From contig CDRNST010000273.1 of assembly GCA_977016875.1 (NCBI GenBank), positions 5,208,001-5,272,000 of the forward strand: a stretch of DNA of 64,000 bases. Reading direction: 5' to 3'. Positions within the stretch are counted from its first letter, which is position 1, and each line of letters begins with the position of its first letter. The stretch comes from Pavona decussata (taxonomy: Eukaryota). The position numbers and the translations under genes are program-made. The notes beneath the pieces are model-generated. The model made no database searches and was not told the origin of the DNA. It was given only the letters and a program-made list of their open reading frames with translations. Positions 48,825-61,929 of the stretch are shown piece by piece.

Positions 48825-49680
48825 CCGTGTAGCACGAAAATTTTGCGGGAGTTTTATTTTGCGGATTGGCTATTTTTTGTGGTTTGTGAGAACAAATTTT
48901 TGCGGTTCGAGATGACTAAAATTTCTGCTGAGAACTAATTTTTGCGGTTCTCTGTTGAAGGAGCAGAACACTTTTAAGGGGCAGAATAATAATGATGCGC
49001 GAGCTCTACTAGAGAAGCATAACATCACAGAAGTCGTTGTACCAGCAAATACCACTGCGTTTAACCAACCCCTTGATGTATCAGTTGATCGTCCCTGTAA
49101 ACATTTCATGAGAGAAAAATTTCAGGATGGTATGCTGGAGAAGTTAAGAAGAAGGTAAACGATGGGCAAAACACAGTGGCATTGCAATTGAGATGGGCAT
49201 TCCAGTTACTTATGCGTGAGCTTACCTCGCGTTGGCTAATCGATGTTAATCAGTACATGCAGAAAAACCCAGCAATCATTGAGAATGGATGGAAAAAATG
49301 TGGCATCGCAGACGCCCTAGCAAATGGTGTTCCTTCAGATGACCCATTCGTGCCAATCTAATGTACTGAATTGCTGTACACCTGACATTTTCTGTGCTTT
49401 ACACATTTTTTCGTTTGCGATACAGACTGCTGTATGTGTCTAAGCTCTGGTTGCTTTTTCCAATGGAAAGTCATGATAACGTAATCGTTTTAAGTCCAAT
49501 GTGTATGACGTTTATCACCCAGTGACACAGGTCTATTAAAAGTGGAGTTTATAATTTGACTGAGGGGAGTTAATAATTGCGGCGTTTTATTTTGCCGGTT
49601 TTTTTTCTGCGGGAACTAATTTTTGCGGATCGAGGTCAATCCGCAAAAATTGGAATCCGCAAAATTTTCATGCTACACGG
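48825..49680 (+). mobile_element. pogo/Tc1-mariner deletion derivative
   Basis: TIR ccgtgtagcacgaaaattttgcgg / ccgcaaaattttcatgctacacgg with TA on both sides. Internal DDE_1 fragment FKGQ..VVVPANTT..QPLDVSV.RP.K. Confidence 0.88.
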
Positions 49681-52488
49681 TAGGATGTGAAATTTCCCAT
49701 TTTCTCGTTTTTAGGAAGGTGTGCACACACGACATCGCATGTTTTTCCTCTTTCTGAAATTAAATACTTTACTTAGAATTCAACACCAAGAGAATTCGTG
49801 TACACTTGACAAAATTAGCGCCTTGCATGAATGGGGTAAAGTGCTCGTTGCATAAAAAGATGTGTTGGATGGGCGTTAATGCCGTAGAGAAAACGAATGT
49901 TAGGTCTTAACACTGATAGTGACATCATAAAACCTGCTATTTATCAATACAAAAATAACCCATTGTTTATAATCAAAGGCTGCATCAATATACATACGCA
50001 TACTTTCGCCATCCACCATCTCAGCCATCTTGCGTTTCGTCTGCCCCAGTCCCTCTCTTTGCCTTCCAAAATCTTGAATTCAGGATTTTGGCAGTCCAAA
50101 ACCTTGAAAATCTTGGGGGTCCTTTAATGTAGCATTTTTAGGCTGGAAAGAGGAGGACAGCCTTGTATCTACTTTCTCCTGTAGACGTCTTAATAGTAAA
50201 AGGAGTTGTGGACTCGTCCATGGTGGAGATTTTCATCCCAAATTTATGCCATAATGGTAACACTGGCCAGGTAGTAGTAGGGGAGGGGGGCTGTGTTGTT
50301 GACGTGTCATTGTAGCGCTTGAATTTGGAGATGGACTTACACTTTCTTAACAGTTTTGTCCACGATTGTAATGTGGGGATTTTTCCGATTTTTCTGTGCG
50401 ATTTGAGAATTTGAGAATAGCAATTTATTCGTAGCTCATCAAAGCTGATTTGTAAGTACTGTTGTTGCTGGTTTTAGTGGGAATATGGACATTTGGCGCA
50501 CTAAAAAAGCATCTGTGGGTAGATAAGACTTGGACTGGCAAGAGAATAGTCGTTGTATGAAATGCTTTAAACAAGTAGGCCATCTGTAGCGTGGTAAGGC
50601 AAAAGTCTTTTTTCCAGGAGCGATAGACCTTTTCCAGCTTATCGTTATTGACCATTGAAAAGTTCGTGAAAGCTCCTGTAAGGACAAAACCTTGGCAGGA
50701 TACGGAGTTACCCTGATGAGAAAAGATGGCTTCTTTCCATCGTTGCAATGGATTTCACATACTCCACATTGCAGCATTATTTTCAGTGTTCATCGAAAAC
50801 AATAGCAGCAGCAAGAGTGCACTGTATACTGTTTGGTCGTGGTGGTGTCCCCTCAGACAGGTTCAAATTTACACTCCAATGTTTTAGTGCGGAGGTACTC
50901 TGTACTGTGATGATGTGTCACGGCCATCATCATGCCGCAGTGTTTTGGTTGGGGGCTAGGAGACAGCAGTAAGGTACTGGCAAGATACCATCAAGGGACT
51001 TGTGGACCAGTACCTTCTGGAGTTCCCAAATGGAGTGAAACGTACATACATTTACACTCACCTGCCAACCAATTTCCGCATGGACACGATGCTTGCTGGC
51101 TTGTGCAACCTTTGCGACGATTTCGGCCACTCAAATTTTGACGATTTGTGTGTATTTATTGAGGAAGTCACTACAATGTGCCCTGGGCTGAATGGATCTG
51201 CTCTGATCAAGGATGTGCGGATGTACCAGAAAGTTTTGAAAACTTTGTTTTCAAAACTGATACAAAAGCATTCACCTTACCTTGAACTGTGCATGTCGTA
51301 TGCATTTGACTCCTGCGCAGAAGAGCACAAGGCAATGTGCTCAATTGGAGAAGATTGAATCGCTTCCAGATCCAGCAACGAAGGAGCAGAAGTCAAGGCT
51401 AAGTGACTTTTATGATACTCACTTTGATTATTTGGCACACTTGCTGCGTACAAAGCATCAAAGTGATTATTATAAATTTGCGCTCAAGAATCTGAAGCCT
51501 GGAGAATGCGTTGTGGTCATCAACTATAAAATGAAGCTGGAAATAGGGAAATGCTACGTATAGGGATGTGCTACGTCGTTGCCCAAGTAGCAGAAAATGA
51601 GAAGAGCAGTGAAATCTTCGATGTATGGTCTGAAGATACGAAACAGGATGCCTTCTTCAGCCAGAGTCCTCTGGATGTCTGCTTCACCTGGCTGGAAAGA
51701 ACCTTCCCTTGTTTTGCTGTTTACCTGTTTTCTGGTATGAAAAACACAGCCCTTGATTTCCTAAGTTGAGCAAATAATAATTGAAATTTACTATTTGATT
51801 GGTCTAAATAGTAATGCTCATACTTTAGCTGCAATTAGCAGGTTTAAAATCCTGTCTTGCAAGGCCAAAATGGGGATATTATTTTGTGTTAGGACAGAGG
51901 GGAGTGGATCAAATTATGTATTGTAGTGTGACAGCTGCTCGAAAGACAACCACACTTCAATATGAAACACTTGTTTATTGTGTGAGGGTCACCTTAAGTG
52001 TCTGTAACATTGTGCTTTTATTGTTGGTTTGAAGGCTTATGCATGTGAGGTGACAAGTTTCATGTATTCATGCTGTACTTTGAGTTCCAATACTTTTTTT
52101 TTTAATATGTTCATGAGTGGGGATAATCTTGGGGGCTTGTTATTATTTTGAGTTCTGAAAGTGGCCTCCCCCACCCCTCCCAGTACTTTCAGGATTAAAG
52201 AACTGCTACATTTAAGTAGCTGTTCCTCTTGAGAAGCTACAATATGCAAGTAAATGTCAATTAAGTGATGGTGAACACAACCATGGATTAATGCCACTTT
52301 TATTTATTTTTTCTTGATGTTTTGTAATCTTATACAGTAAAACACTAAGCTGTTCCATATGGATGGCACTTGAGACAGAGAATACAGTTTCTCTATTGAA
52401 GGCACTAGTCATCTTCTGTATGCTTCTGTCTGCTAACACTGTTTTGTTGTGTTCTTTCCTTAAACAAGAAACTTTGTTCCACATTGTG

Positions 52489-52711
52489 TCTCTCTTATAC
52501 ACCCAGGCGTATAAAATACACCCAGGTGTATAAATGGGTATCAGCGACCGTTAGGCAAACCTAACAAAGTGCTTGGGGGTAACCCTGCGATGAACTAGCA
52601 TCACATCTAAGGGGGAGTAGTAGTATTCTTAGTTGCTTCATGCTATACAAACCGGGTTAAACTCTGGGTGTATGGGCCATTTGTAGCTCAAAGTGTGACT
52701 TTGTCTTACCT
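52489..52711 (+). mobile_element. SINE 3' fragment in intron
   Basis: cacccaggtgtataaatgggta..gggggtaaccctgcgatgaactagcatc..gcttcatgcta..acttt..tacct, a body and tail typical of metazoan tRNA-SINEs. The 5' tRNA head is decayed. Confidence 0.5.
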
Positions 52712-54616
52712 TAACCATCAGACTGCCTATTATGTTGCATCTTGCCTTTTGTTCTTCTTTTTACAGATAATGGTCTACATTATCACAACACAGGTGTCCT
52801 AACTTACCTTGGTGAGGTCAATGATGTCTTCAACATTTATCCTGTTGAACACAACAACTTTGAAGCGGGAGAAGGGAAGACAGCTCTCGACATGCATTTT
52901 GCACATATAAGCCACAAGATTGTGCGCTATGTCTGCCGTGGCAACAATTTGGAGACTGGAGAGGAGCTTGGGCAACTTGTTCAGGTACACCTTGTTGCTA
53001 TTAGTTATACATTTTGTACTTATTAACTGAGTGGTAGGGCCGGACAGAAAAATATTTGGTTTCATGGCGTATGGCCCAAGCACCATGAAATCTGTGCACC
53101 ATGATTAAGAGCCAAATATTTTCCTGACCGGCCCGACTCCGTTAATCAGCTTTTTATGATATTACCATTTACCTTCAAATCTTAGAGTAGTTTTCAACTG
53201 AGGGTTGTATAACCAAAACCAGAGTATTTATTCCCGGCCAGTCACAACAGGCACAAACAACAATGAATGAATCAGAATTAACATTGAATACAAGTAACTG
53301 GCACCAATTTCTCTGGAAATGCATGCAAGTAAATCACGATTATTTTTGGTTTTACTTCTAATTGGCTGAGAAATGGTGTTTTTTTTAAACCAATCAGATT
53401 GTGTAATAAATAAATAGCAACACCAATAGTGGAAAATTACTTTTGACACTCAAAAAAGAAAATCACTCTATTACGTGTGGTCATCACACCTGTAGTGAGG
53501 CCATATGGCTTTTTCCCTCCGCGCTCATGCTACGGTGTATGGCTCTCATATGACAATTTCCTGGTAATTTTGATGTAGAAAGCGTGTGCAGGGCTGTATG
53601 GGTCATATGATAAATATTATTGGACTTATTTCTGTCTTATTAGTAATCCATATCGCAGAACACAGGTTGTATTTTCTTTCCAGTACATACCTACAGACAT
53701 GCCCTCAGGCTTTTTGTCTGGGCACTCTTGTTTCCTAACTCTATAAAAAACAAACTTACTAAATTCCAATTTGGTCCAGGAAACAGGGAATTTAGAGCCA
53801 CTCTGTTGACCAAATAATTATACAAAATCTCATTTATTTGTAGACAAGGAGAATTCATCATTGTATTGCAATCACATTATTTTATTTTTTATTAGTTTAT
53901 CAGCTTCGCCTACACACTATATTGTTCTCATTGTTCTTTGTTAATTGTTCCTCAACAGAACATGAAAAATGTTTCATGTTTCCAGTTGCATATCGACAGA
54001 AGCAAAGCTCCGAAAAAGATGGGGACATTCAGACATTTCCTTGTTTGGAAACTGTCTTTCCTGTGGAAGGGGATTATGCGGGTGGCATAATTGCGCGATC
54101 ATTGGCTGGTATTGGAAAGGTGTCCAGGAAGACGAAAGTGCAACTGGCAAAGATTGCATCCAGAGTTTTCCCCGATGGCTGGATCAACTGGTGCATCAGT
54201 GTCCTCTGAATTGCCAATGCAGATTGATGAACTACCCCAAACCACCGCTCACCAAGATGATGTGTACAGCATCCGGTTCATCAACCATGCTTCTGAACCA
54301 ATACAGTTGCCATCTGTCCATGAATATGATAGGATTATACCAAGTTTGGTGCCTTCAAATGGATTTGGCCTGAAGAACTCTGGCAAGGGGGTGGTCTTCT
54401 CGCTCGCTCAAAAGGAGATAATGATCTCCTTTTACAACCGACAAGCAACAAGTGGCATAAGGGCAGATCCTAAAGCTATAATTGCATGTATGAGAGAACG
54501 GAACGTGGAGGTACTAAAGGAGACACAGATCCGCAGCTGGTGGAGTACATACCACCATAAGAGAAAAAGATCTGTAAGTATCTTGCCATAGGAGGCAGCT
54601 GATTTGCACCAAATGT

Positions 54617-55330
54617 CATCACAACCGCAGCCTGTCTGTACTGCTCCAGCATGACAATCTCAGCCTGGCTGTACTGCTTCAGCATGACAATCTCAGCCTG
54701 GCTGTACTGCTTCAGCATTACAACCTCAGCCTGGCTGTACTGCTTTAGCATGACAATCTCAGCCTGGCTGTACTGCTTCAGCATTACAATCTCAGCCTGT
54801 CTGTACTGCTTCAGCATTATAACCTCAGCCTGGCTGTACTGCTTTAGCATTACAATCTCAGCCTGGCTGTACTGCTTCAGCATTACAACCTCAGCCTGTC
54901 TGTACTGCTTCAGCATTACATCCTCAGCCTGTCTGTACTGCTTCAGCATTACAACCTCAGCCTGTCTGTACTGCTTCAGCATTACAATCTCAGCCTGTCT
55001 GTACTGCTTCAGCATTACAATTTCAGCTTGTCTGTACTGCTTCAGCATCACATCCTCAGCCTGTCTGTACTGCTTCAGCATCACAACCCCAGCCTGTCTG
55101 TACTGCTTCAGCATCACAACCGTAGCCTGTCTGTACTGCTTCAGCATCACAATCTCAGCCTGTCTGTACTGCTTCAGCATCACAACCTCAGTCGGTCTGT
55201 AGCACTTCGGCGTCACAACCTCAGCCAGTCTGTTCAACATCTCAGCAGCAGCCGTTCTGTAGCACTTCAGCATCAACACCAGTCTGTCTGTAGCACTTCA
55301 GTATCCCAGCAGCAGCCGGTCTGTATCGCG
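54617..55330 (+). repeat. 33-bp minisatellite, ~21 copies
   Basis: Unit caatctcagcctg(g/t)ctgtactgcttcagcatta. The last ~4 copies are degenerate. Confidence 0.95.
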
Positions 55331-56419
55331 GGTTAGACCATTGCCGGTGTTAGAGATGTTGTACAGTGGAGTTTTCCTGCTGATTTCTGCCAGTCTGCTA
55401 TTGGAGGAAGATGTGGAACCAATGCTTGTACATTCATTGCTTGGTATTTTAGTCACCGTACCTCCATGACAATTTGCCACCACCACATGGCAGTGTTCTC
55501 TCAATGGAGTGAAAGTGCGCATTGTACAAAGCAATGAAAAAGGGCAATGAAATCCACAATGAACTGCTTGAAGGAGAGGGAGTGGATGTCGAGGTGAACA
55601 ATGCCGTCAGTATGGCTGGAACTGAATGCTTCGTGAACTCTGCAGGACAGAACATTGATCTGATTGGAGAGGACTGTGTGGATCAGCTGGCATCTGCCTT
55701 TGAGCTGTTATCCTCTACCCGGCAGTCAAGATGGAATGCACTTGTGACCAGAGGTAGAACCATGCTATTCATTGTGAACCAGGATGGTTCATGCATGATT
55801 GTGGATTCTCACAGACTTCTAAACAATGGTGCTTTTATTGTACATTGTCCTTTAACGTCCGCTGAGTTGCTAGCGGAATGGTTTGCAGCAATGCTACAAA
55901 AAACTTCGAATTAGCAATGCAATTAACGCTATTGTTCGATAATCCCAATTTCGTATGTCACATTAAAGGTTCATTGGTTATTGCATGAATGAGAGCAGTT
56001 TAACGTGCCAGTGTTTGAAAAGCAAACTGATCAAGGTGATTGCTATAGTCAATCCCAACAAATTCAAACAAACCAATCAGAAACTGAAGGAAATGCGTGT
56101 TAGTAACAAGTGTAAAGCTTGCCAGTAATGTTCGGTTTTGATTTTCCTTCTAATTGAATAACCATTTACAGAAAAGCCAATAAGCAAAATCGAAGCAATC
56201 CCATGTAATGACTATTTTTAAGAGCTATTTTATATTTTCAAGTGACTCAGAAAAGCGACCTGGTGCCAAGTTGTGCCACGCACCAAGACTAGAGAGATCC
56301 TTATTTACTGTAACAGTAGATTTAAAGATAAGTAATTATATATCTTTTGAGCTTTGGTCTTTTGTCGGGATAAAGAGCTCACACTAAACCATGTCAGTTG
56401 GAGAAATTCGCTTAGATGC

Positions 56420-57942
56420 AAGGCTGTGCTCTAAGGAACATTTCAGGGAGCCCTTCAGGCTCCCAAGCATTTTTGACTTGGATGCCCAGGCCTAATAGAT
56501 GGTTGCCCAAGTCAAAATTTCGGGGAGCCCTTCAAGGTCCCAAACATTTTAGCTGGGGTGCCCGGGCCTCCTAGTGGGTCGCCCAAATTAATAAATCAGT
56601 TAGTTAATTATTAAAAATTAAACAAACTGTTTTTGTAACAAGTCAAATAGAACTATGTGCATTTATTTATTGTTTTTATGTTCATAAAACATCACATCCT
56701 TTGACCTCCTAAAAACCTATCATCAGTTATCGTCAAATATTATTTAATTAATTCACACTTACAGAAGCAGTGCAAAACTATTTTTTAAAAAATGAATAGT
56801 ACACAAATACCAAAGATAACCTGATAAACCTAAAACTATCTCATTGAAGTTCAATTCAAAGCATTATGTAAGCTTTGCAAAACACTATTTCGTTTGAACT
56901 CTGTATACTGAAGTCTTCAGAAATTCTTTAGACAGAGGTTAAATGATTGGAATTACAAATTACAAACTACGGTGGATCAATACTGTCAACGATGTAAATC
57001 ATCTTTTATGAATTAAAAAAATGAAAATTTTAAACAAAGTTGTACAGTGATCCACTAGTAACATATCTCTCTTTCGCAGCAAAATATTCATCTCAATTCA
57101 ATCATCCAACTTGCAAAAAAGGGACTGCTTTCATGTTCTTTCTTTTAGTGTTAGAGTATTGATATGGTGCAAACAAATGTTAGAACGGCTCTTCAACTGA
57201 AAATGTTGTAAATATTGTAACAATTACAAGTCCAGTCCATAATTTGGCTTTGGGATGGTTCTCTACCCAGTGCTCTCTTCGAGGTCTGACTTTGCTAATT
57301 TTTAGCCAAAGCGTGTGAAGAAAAACCCGCTTGTTGTCATATGAAACCCATCGAAGTTTTCTCGCCATGAGAAACAAGGGCAAAGCCGCCGAATTTTTCA
57401 TGTTTTTTAATGGAGCCATCCCAATTTAAAGGAAAAATTTTAATGCAGCTAGTCAAGTTCAAAGTCAAGGATTATGCTACATGTGAATTAACGTGGAACG
57501 ACCTTTGAACATCAACGCATGCCAGATTGAACAACATTTTCTTTTAAAAGAGCAACTCTCGTGTTCATTTAGCGATTTATTAATCGCCGACGGTAGTTAA
57601 TGCCTGTCAAAGCAGAAGTAACAAATTCCTTTTGAAAAACTAACCAACGAACCATCCTAATTTAAAGGAAAAATTATAATGCTCTTAGGAAAAGCGGTTA
57701 AAATCGTAAACTGTGCAGCTTGGCACAATCGAAGTCGATGGTTATGTTACATGTGAATTCACGTGGAACAACCGTTGAATAACAATGCGCATTTTCTTTT
57801 TTCTTTTTTTTTTTTTTACTGTAAATCAAGAAACCAACATCAGCAGGTCGCCCGGCTGGGCAACCAAGAAAATATTTTTGGTCGCCTGAGGCCAAATGTC
57901 CCAGTCACCTGAGGCGACTGGGCACCGTCAGAGCACAGCCTT
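56420..57942. mobile_element. Non-autonomous TIR element (possibly hAT-like)
   Basis: 13-bp TIR aaggctgtgctct / agagcacagcctt with GC-rich subterminal gggagccc/ggtcgcc motifs at both ends. TSD not clean. Confidence 0.5.
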
Positions 57943-58720
57943 AAGATGGGAGTTTTAAAATTTCATTTAAAGTATAATTGTTACATTGGTCAGTGGCAAT
58001 CAGGGTCACTACCTCTGCTAGTGCTATGTGGTATATATGATTTTTTTCATTGTCGTTAGAGTGATTTTCTTCAAACTGTGAAACATTAATTAAGCTAGTA
58101 CACACTAGCAGGCACTGTTAGACTAATTCCATTGTTTTCTTTTGTTTAGTTTTGACTTATTTTGACTAACTGCCAGACAGTTTTGCGGTCTCAGGAAAAT
58201 CTCTCTATTTCTTTTTGCTTCTGTGAGCAGGGAATGACAATAGGTACTCGACGTTTTCAGAAACTGCTTTATTTCAACATATGCTATGCCTTTATGTAAC
58301 AATAATGCAACCATGCAATAAAATAGTCTAGATTGAACATGTTGAGGACCAATTTCCATGTAATATGTTTCAATTAGTATTTTACTTTAAAGAAAATATA
58401 AGGAAGTACAAAATAGTGACAAAATATATATTTTGGCTGGACATAGAGGCACCTGATAATGTCTTTTACCATTGGATTGATCATAATGGCTTTTGTCCTT
58501 GATGTAAATTTAATGTCTGGAAATAAAAGTTGTGGCTGATTTCTGGCCATTGAAATATTCCTTGGAAGCTAGAAAAATACAAACAAGTAGTGAATCAACG
58601 CGGAGCATTTCTTTCCAGGCCAATAAAAGTCAAACCTCATTAGGAGGGTCATCTCGGTTGTTATAATGATAAACAGTCATTGCGCCCCTCAAGCCCCCCA
58701 CCCCCTGTAATTTACATTTT

Positions 58721-59312
58721 TTACAAATGCAAGTTCCTTATCATACAGGCAAGGGCGAATCGAATCTGGTTGTAGGTTGAGTCCACCAGATCATCTTTGA
58801 TTGTTCTTAATTTCCCGTCCACATTTGCTTCTATAACTGCCTTTATTCTCTGGAATTGGTGGCTATCCTCTCCCATCAGCTGGGCCATTCTCTCGTGGTC
58901 AAGGGGGGCTCCTGACGCAAATGCGTCTATTGTATATACTTCGGCATTGGCCAACTGTATTCACAGGGTGGATGCCACCTGCTGATAGTTGCTGCCGCTT
59001 CGAAACATGGAGAAGGCTCTCATTTTTTGATTAGCAGGCTTATTTTTTCCATACAAGCGCACGAGTCGACGAGTTTCCTGTGGTATTGGAAAACAGATTG
59101 AGCATGATCAATGACCGGCAACAGAAACATTTATGTAATGGTTACTGATATCTACAATGTTTATCAAGAAAAATACACACCCTCGTCGTATAACATATCA
59201 AAACAGGATAAAGTTCAATGGTGTAGACGTACCTGAGGAGGTTTCAGTGCGGTGTTCGCTCTCTTCTCGCTGGGACCGGCTTCGCTTTCAAAGGACTCCA
59301 GAGGACGCTTTC
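58721..59312 (-). pseudogene. Gene remnant with HTH_40-like (RecQ/WRN C-terminal) helix-turn-helix domain
   Basis: AFSMFRSGSNYQQVASTL*IQLANAEVY..ASG..RIKAVI..KLRTIKDDL..STYNQIRFALA. Upstream exon RKRPLESF..KPPQ|gt. Confidence 0.5.
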
Positions 59313-60092
59313 TAAAGAAAGGGAGACAAACACATGTTACAAAAATGCGTTAACTCAAACGTTATAAGCGACAGCAATATCCTTACTGCTCAGCTATGCT
59401 TTTGTACGGAAGGGAATGTTGTATGGAACGTTTCAGAAGGGCTCCACGGGCAAAGACGACTCCGAACAACGCGGCAATGTTGTGGACTTCCGCGCATGGT
59501 GCCCCATGAATTAAGGATTTTCTTTCAATTAGGTGGCAAAACCTGGCCAAAACGGAATCATTTTACAAGATCAATTGAAGTCGCGATCTCTTGAATGTAT
59601 TTTGAAAGGGTTTCACACATTCAATTTCCGCGACTTTTCTCTTGAACACAATAGATGCGTAAAACTCAAACATACTGCCGTTTCGAACACAAGCTCTTTG
59701 GCATAATCCAGCATTTTCAAAGTAACATTTGAATTTGGCGCGAAACGACCTTTCAACCAATGAAAACAACATATCTAATTGGATCAGCTAGAAAACTCAA
59801 ACGGTTCCTGCTGCACCCAGCCTATTGTTCTCGTGGTAGTTCTTACGCGATACATTACTTAAATAAGGTCTTAACAGCGGTCCCATACAGGAGCTATCTT
59901 TTCTTGGCCTTTTTTGAAATTAGCTCAAATCCACAACGCTTGCATCGCGAAGTTTTGCGGTGTTTTTTTTTTTTGTATTATTGTTTCGAATGATTATTTT
60001 TACCAGACTTGCTTGTTTATACTGCCTTGTTGCATTTCATTATTGCCTGCATCTTCGTAGTTCTGTGTTGAATAGCCAATTTTGACCTTTTA

Positions 60093-60283
60093 TCACTGGT
60101 AATTCAAGATTCGCAATTCTCTCTTCTAAACATCTATGCTCCAAACAAACCTACTGAGCAATGTGTTTTCTTTTGTAAACTATCGGAACTTCTAAAAAAC
60201 CTACACACAGATACAATAGGCTCCCTTATTTTTGGGGGTGATTTCAATGTTATTTTGCATCCAGATTTAGATGGGCGTGGTGG
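60093..60283 (+). pseudogene. L1/Tx1 endonuclease fragment
   Basis: IQDSQFSLLNIYAPNKPTEQCVFF..LIFGGDFNVILHPDLDGRGG. Confidence 0.8.
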
Positions 60284-60639
60284 CATTATGAATGTATCGA
60301 GAATTTGAGGTGAAAATAAGAGAAGTTAGGGTTGTGGAAATTAATGCTAAGGAAAACTCATGTACATCTCCAAATTTGATCAGGAAAATCTTTTTAACAA
60401 TTCTTCAAGTTTACAATAATTTAATAAATAAGGCAGAATGGTACTCAGTTTTCATGGAATTAGCCATAAATTTTTGGAAACAACTGAAAGTTATAGACGG
60501 AGGCAGTCTCAAGAATCTGGCCAAAAACCGGAAATGAGGTTCTAGATTAAAATTTAGCTTCTTTAGCAGTTTTGCACGAAAGTCTTTTTGTAAAAAGAGT
60601 TGTCAAGGAAATAAAATTACCTTCACTATAAAACCAAAA

Positions 60640-61172
60640 CCTATGAAAATCTTGTGAAAATTTTCATGGCAGACTAACAACATTTTCATGACTTTTTGAC
60701 AGGTTTTTCATGGCTGTGATTAATGGCATATTCATGAATTTATATCATAAAAAACCATTATAAAACCCATGAAAATCCTTTGAAATCTTTACAATTAATG
60801 GCTCATGAATATTCCACTCATTAAGAAAGTGTACAAGAACAATATGGAAATTCCATGAAATTATCATGACCCATGAATTCCACTGTTATGGGTTTTTCAT
60901 GGTGTTTGGAAAAAGCCATGAAAACATTTTGCAGGTTTTTCATGCTGTACAAATTCATGGATTTTTTATGAGGTTGAAAATTCATGGGACATGACTATCC
61001 CCTTAACTGGGAATATTTAATGGCCCATGAAAATTTTCTAAAGAATATTTTCATGGCATATTTACAGTATTTTTATGGCCCCTGAAAATTTTTCACCTTA
61101 AGGTCTGCCACTATTTTCATGGGATATGCAGCTGTATTGTGGCCAAACTGTACCATGAAAATTGCATGAAAA
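60640..61172. repeat. Array of CATGAAAA/TTTTCATG motifs in both orientations (subterminal-repeat-like MITE)
   Basis: Around 20 copies of (c)catgaaa or tttcatgg in ~530 bp. Confidence 0.55.
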
Positions 61173-61929
61173 GTCCATCAAGTTTATTGTAAAAAGTTTG
61201 CCTACCTTATGCTTGTGGCTTAATCCTACAAATGGGCACACCTTTCTATCTTGGCCAAAAGATACAATGTACAGCCAACTGAAACATCAATCTTTCACAT
61301 TAAATTTACTACACCTATCTAACTAGCTAGTCAATATACACAAAGCATTTAAGACCATTTTTTAATTTGCAAATAAATAAAGCATATTATATTATTGGAA
61401 GATATGGTGTGTTGTTATTCAACGTTGTGGTTAACAATGGATCACGATGAGATTCACATCAGTGGTACTATTATCGTGAGACAAAGGATTAATAAAACTT
61501 AAGCCTTATATGACACTAATAATTTTTATAGATCTATATATTGCATGTTTTTTCATAAACACATCTTCATTCAATTACCATGTAAAAATATTTGTTTTTC
61601 CATCAAAGGAATACTGTAATAAATGTTGTATTACTTCGAAACTGAATATAGCGGTAAGCTGTGGCGATAAATTAAACATTTGGAAACATTCCATCATTTC
61701 CCACATGAGCAGAGGGAATCAATATTTTCTACGATTTTGAGGGCCTGTCTGTTCATCGTTTTTGTGACACTTGTTCTTGAATCATGGTCATTTCTTACTG
61801 ATGTCTTTAAATTTGAAGGAAGGGTGTGTAAGTGTGAAGAAACATCACTTTGCTTCTCCACTTTTTTATGTTATGAAATCAGTTTTCTACCTTTTTCAAC
61901 TGAATATGTGACCTATGGGAAAACATATA

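Larger units (their letters stand above)
50330..55914 (+). pseudogene. Second, divergent Sola3-like transposase with C-terminal repeat linker and putative cysteine-protease domain (decayed)
   Basis: Motifs collinear with the intact Sola3: AARVHCILFGRG, HLLR, INYKMKL, FS|DNGLHYH (split by the intron 51735-52766), FEAGEGKTALDMHF, FSLAQKEIM..SGIRADP..QIRSWWS. Then a 33-bp repeat, then QS..GR.GTNACTFIA..IVDSH. Several stops and frameshifts. The 5' boundary is approximate. Confidence 0.7.

Noticed and set aside
53022-53640. Short imperfect hairpin repeats in the second intron of the Sola3-like gene
   Set aside because: Probably decayed MITEs, but termini and TSDs cannot be defined.
54476-55279. 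267-aa minus ORF (MLKQYRQAEIV)n and 183-aa plus ORF (ITISACLYCFS)n
   Set aside because: By-products of a 33-bp stop-free repeat. The frame continuous with the downstream domain is the S/Q/P/T-rich one.
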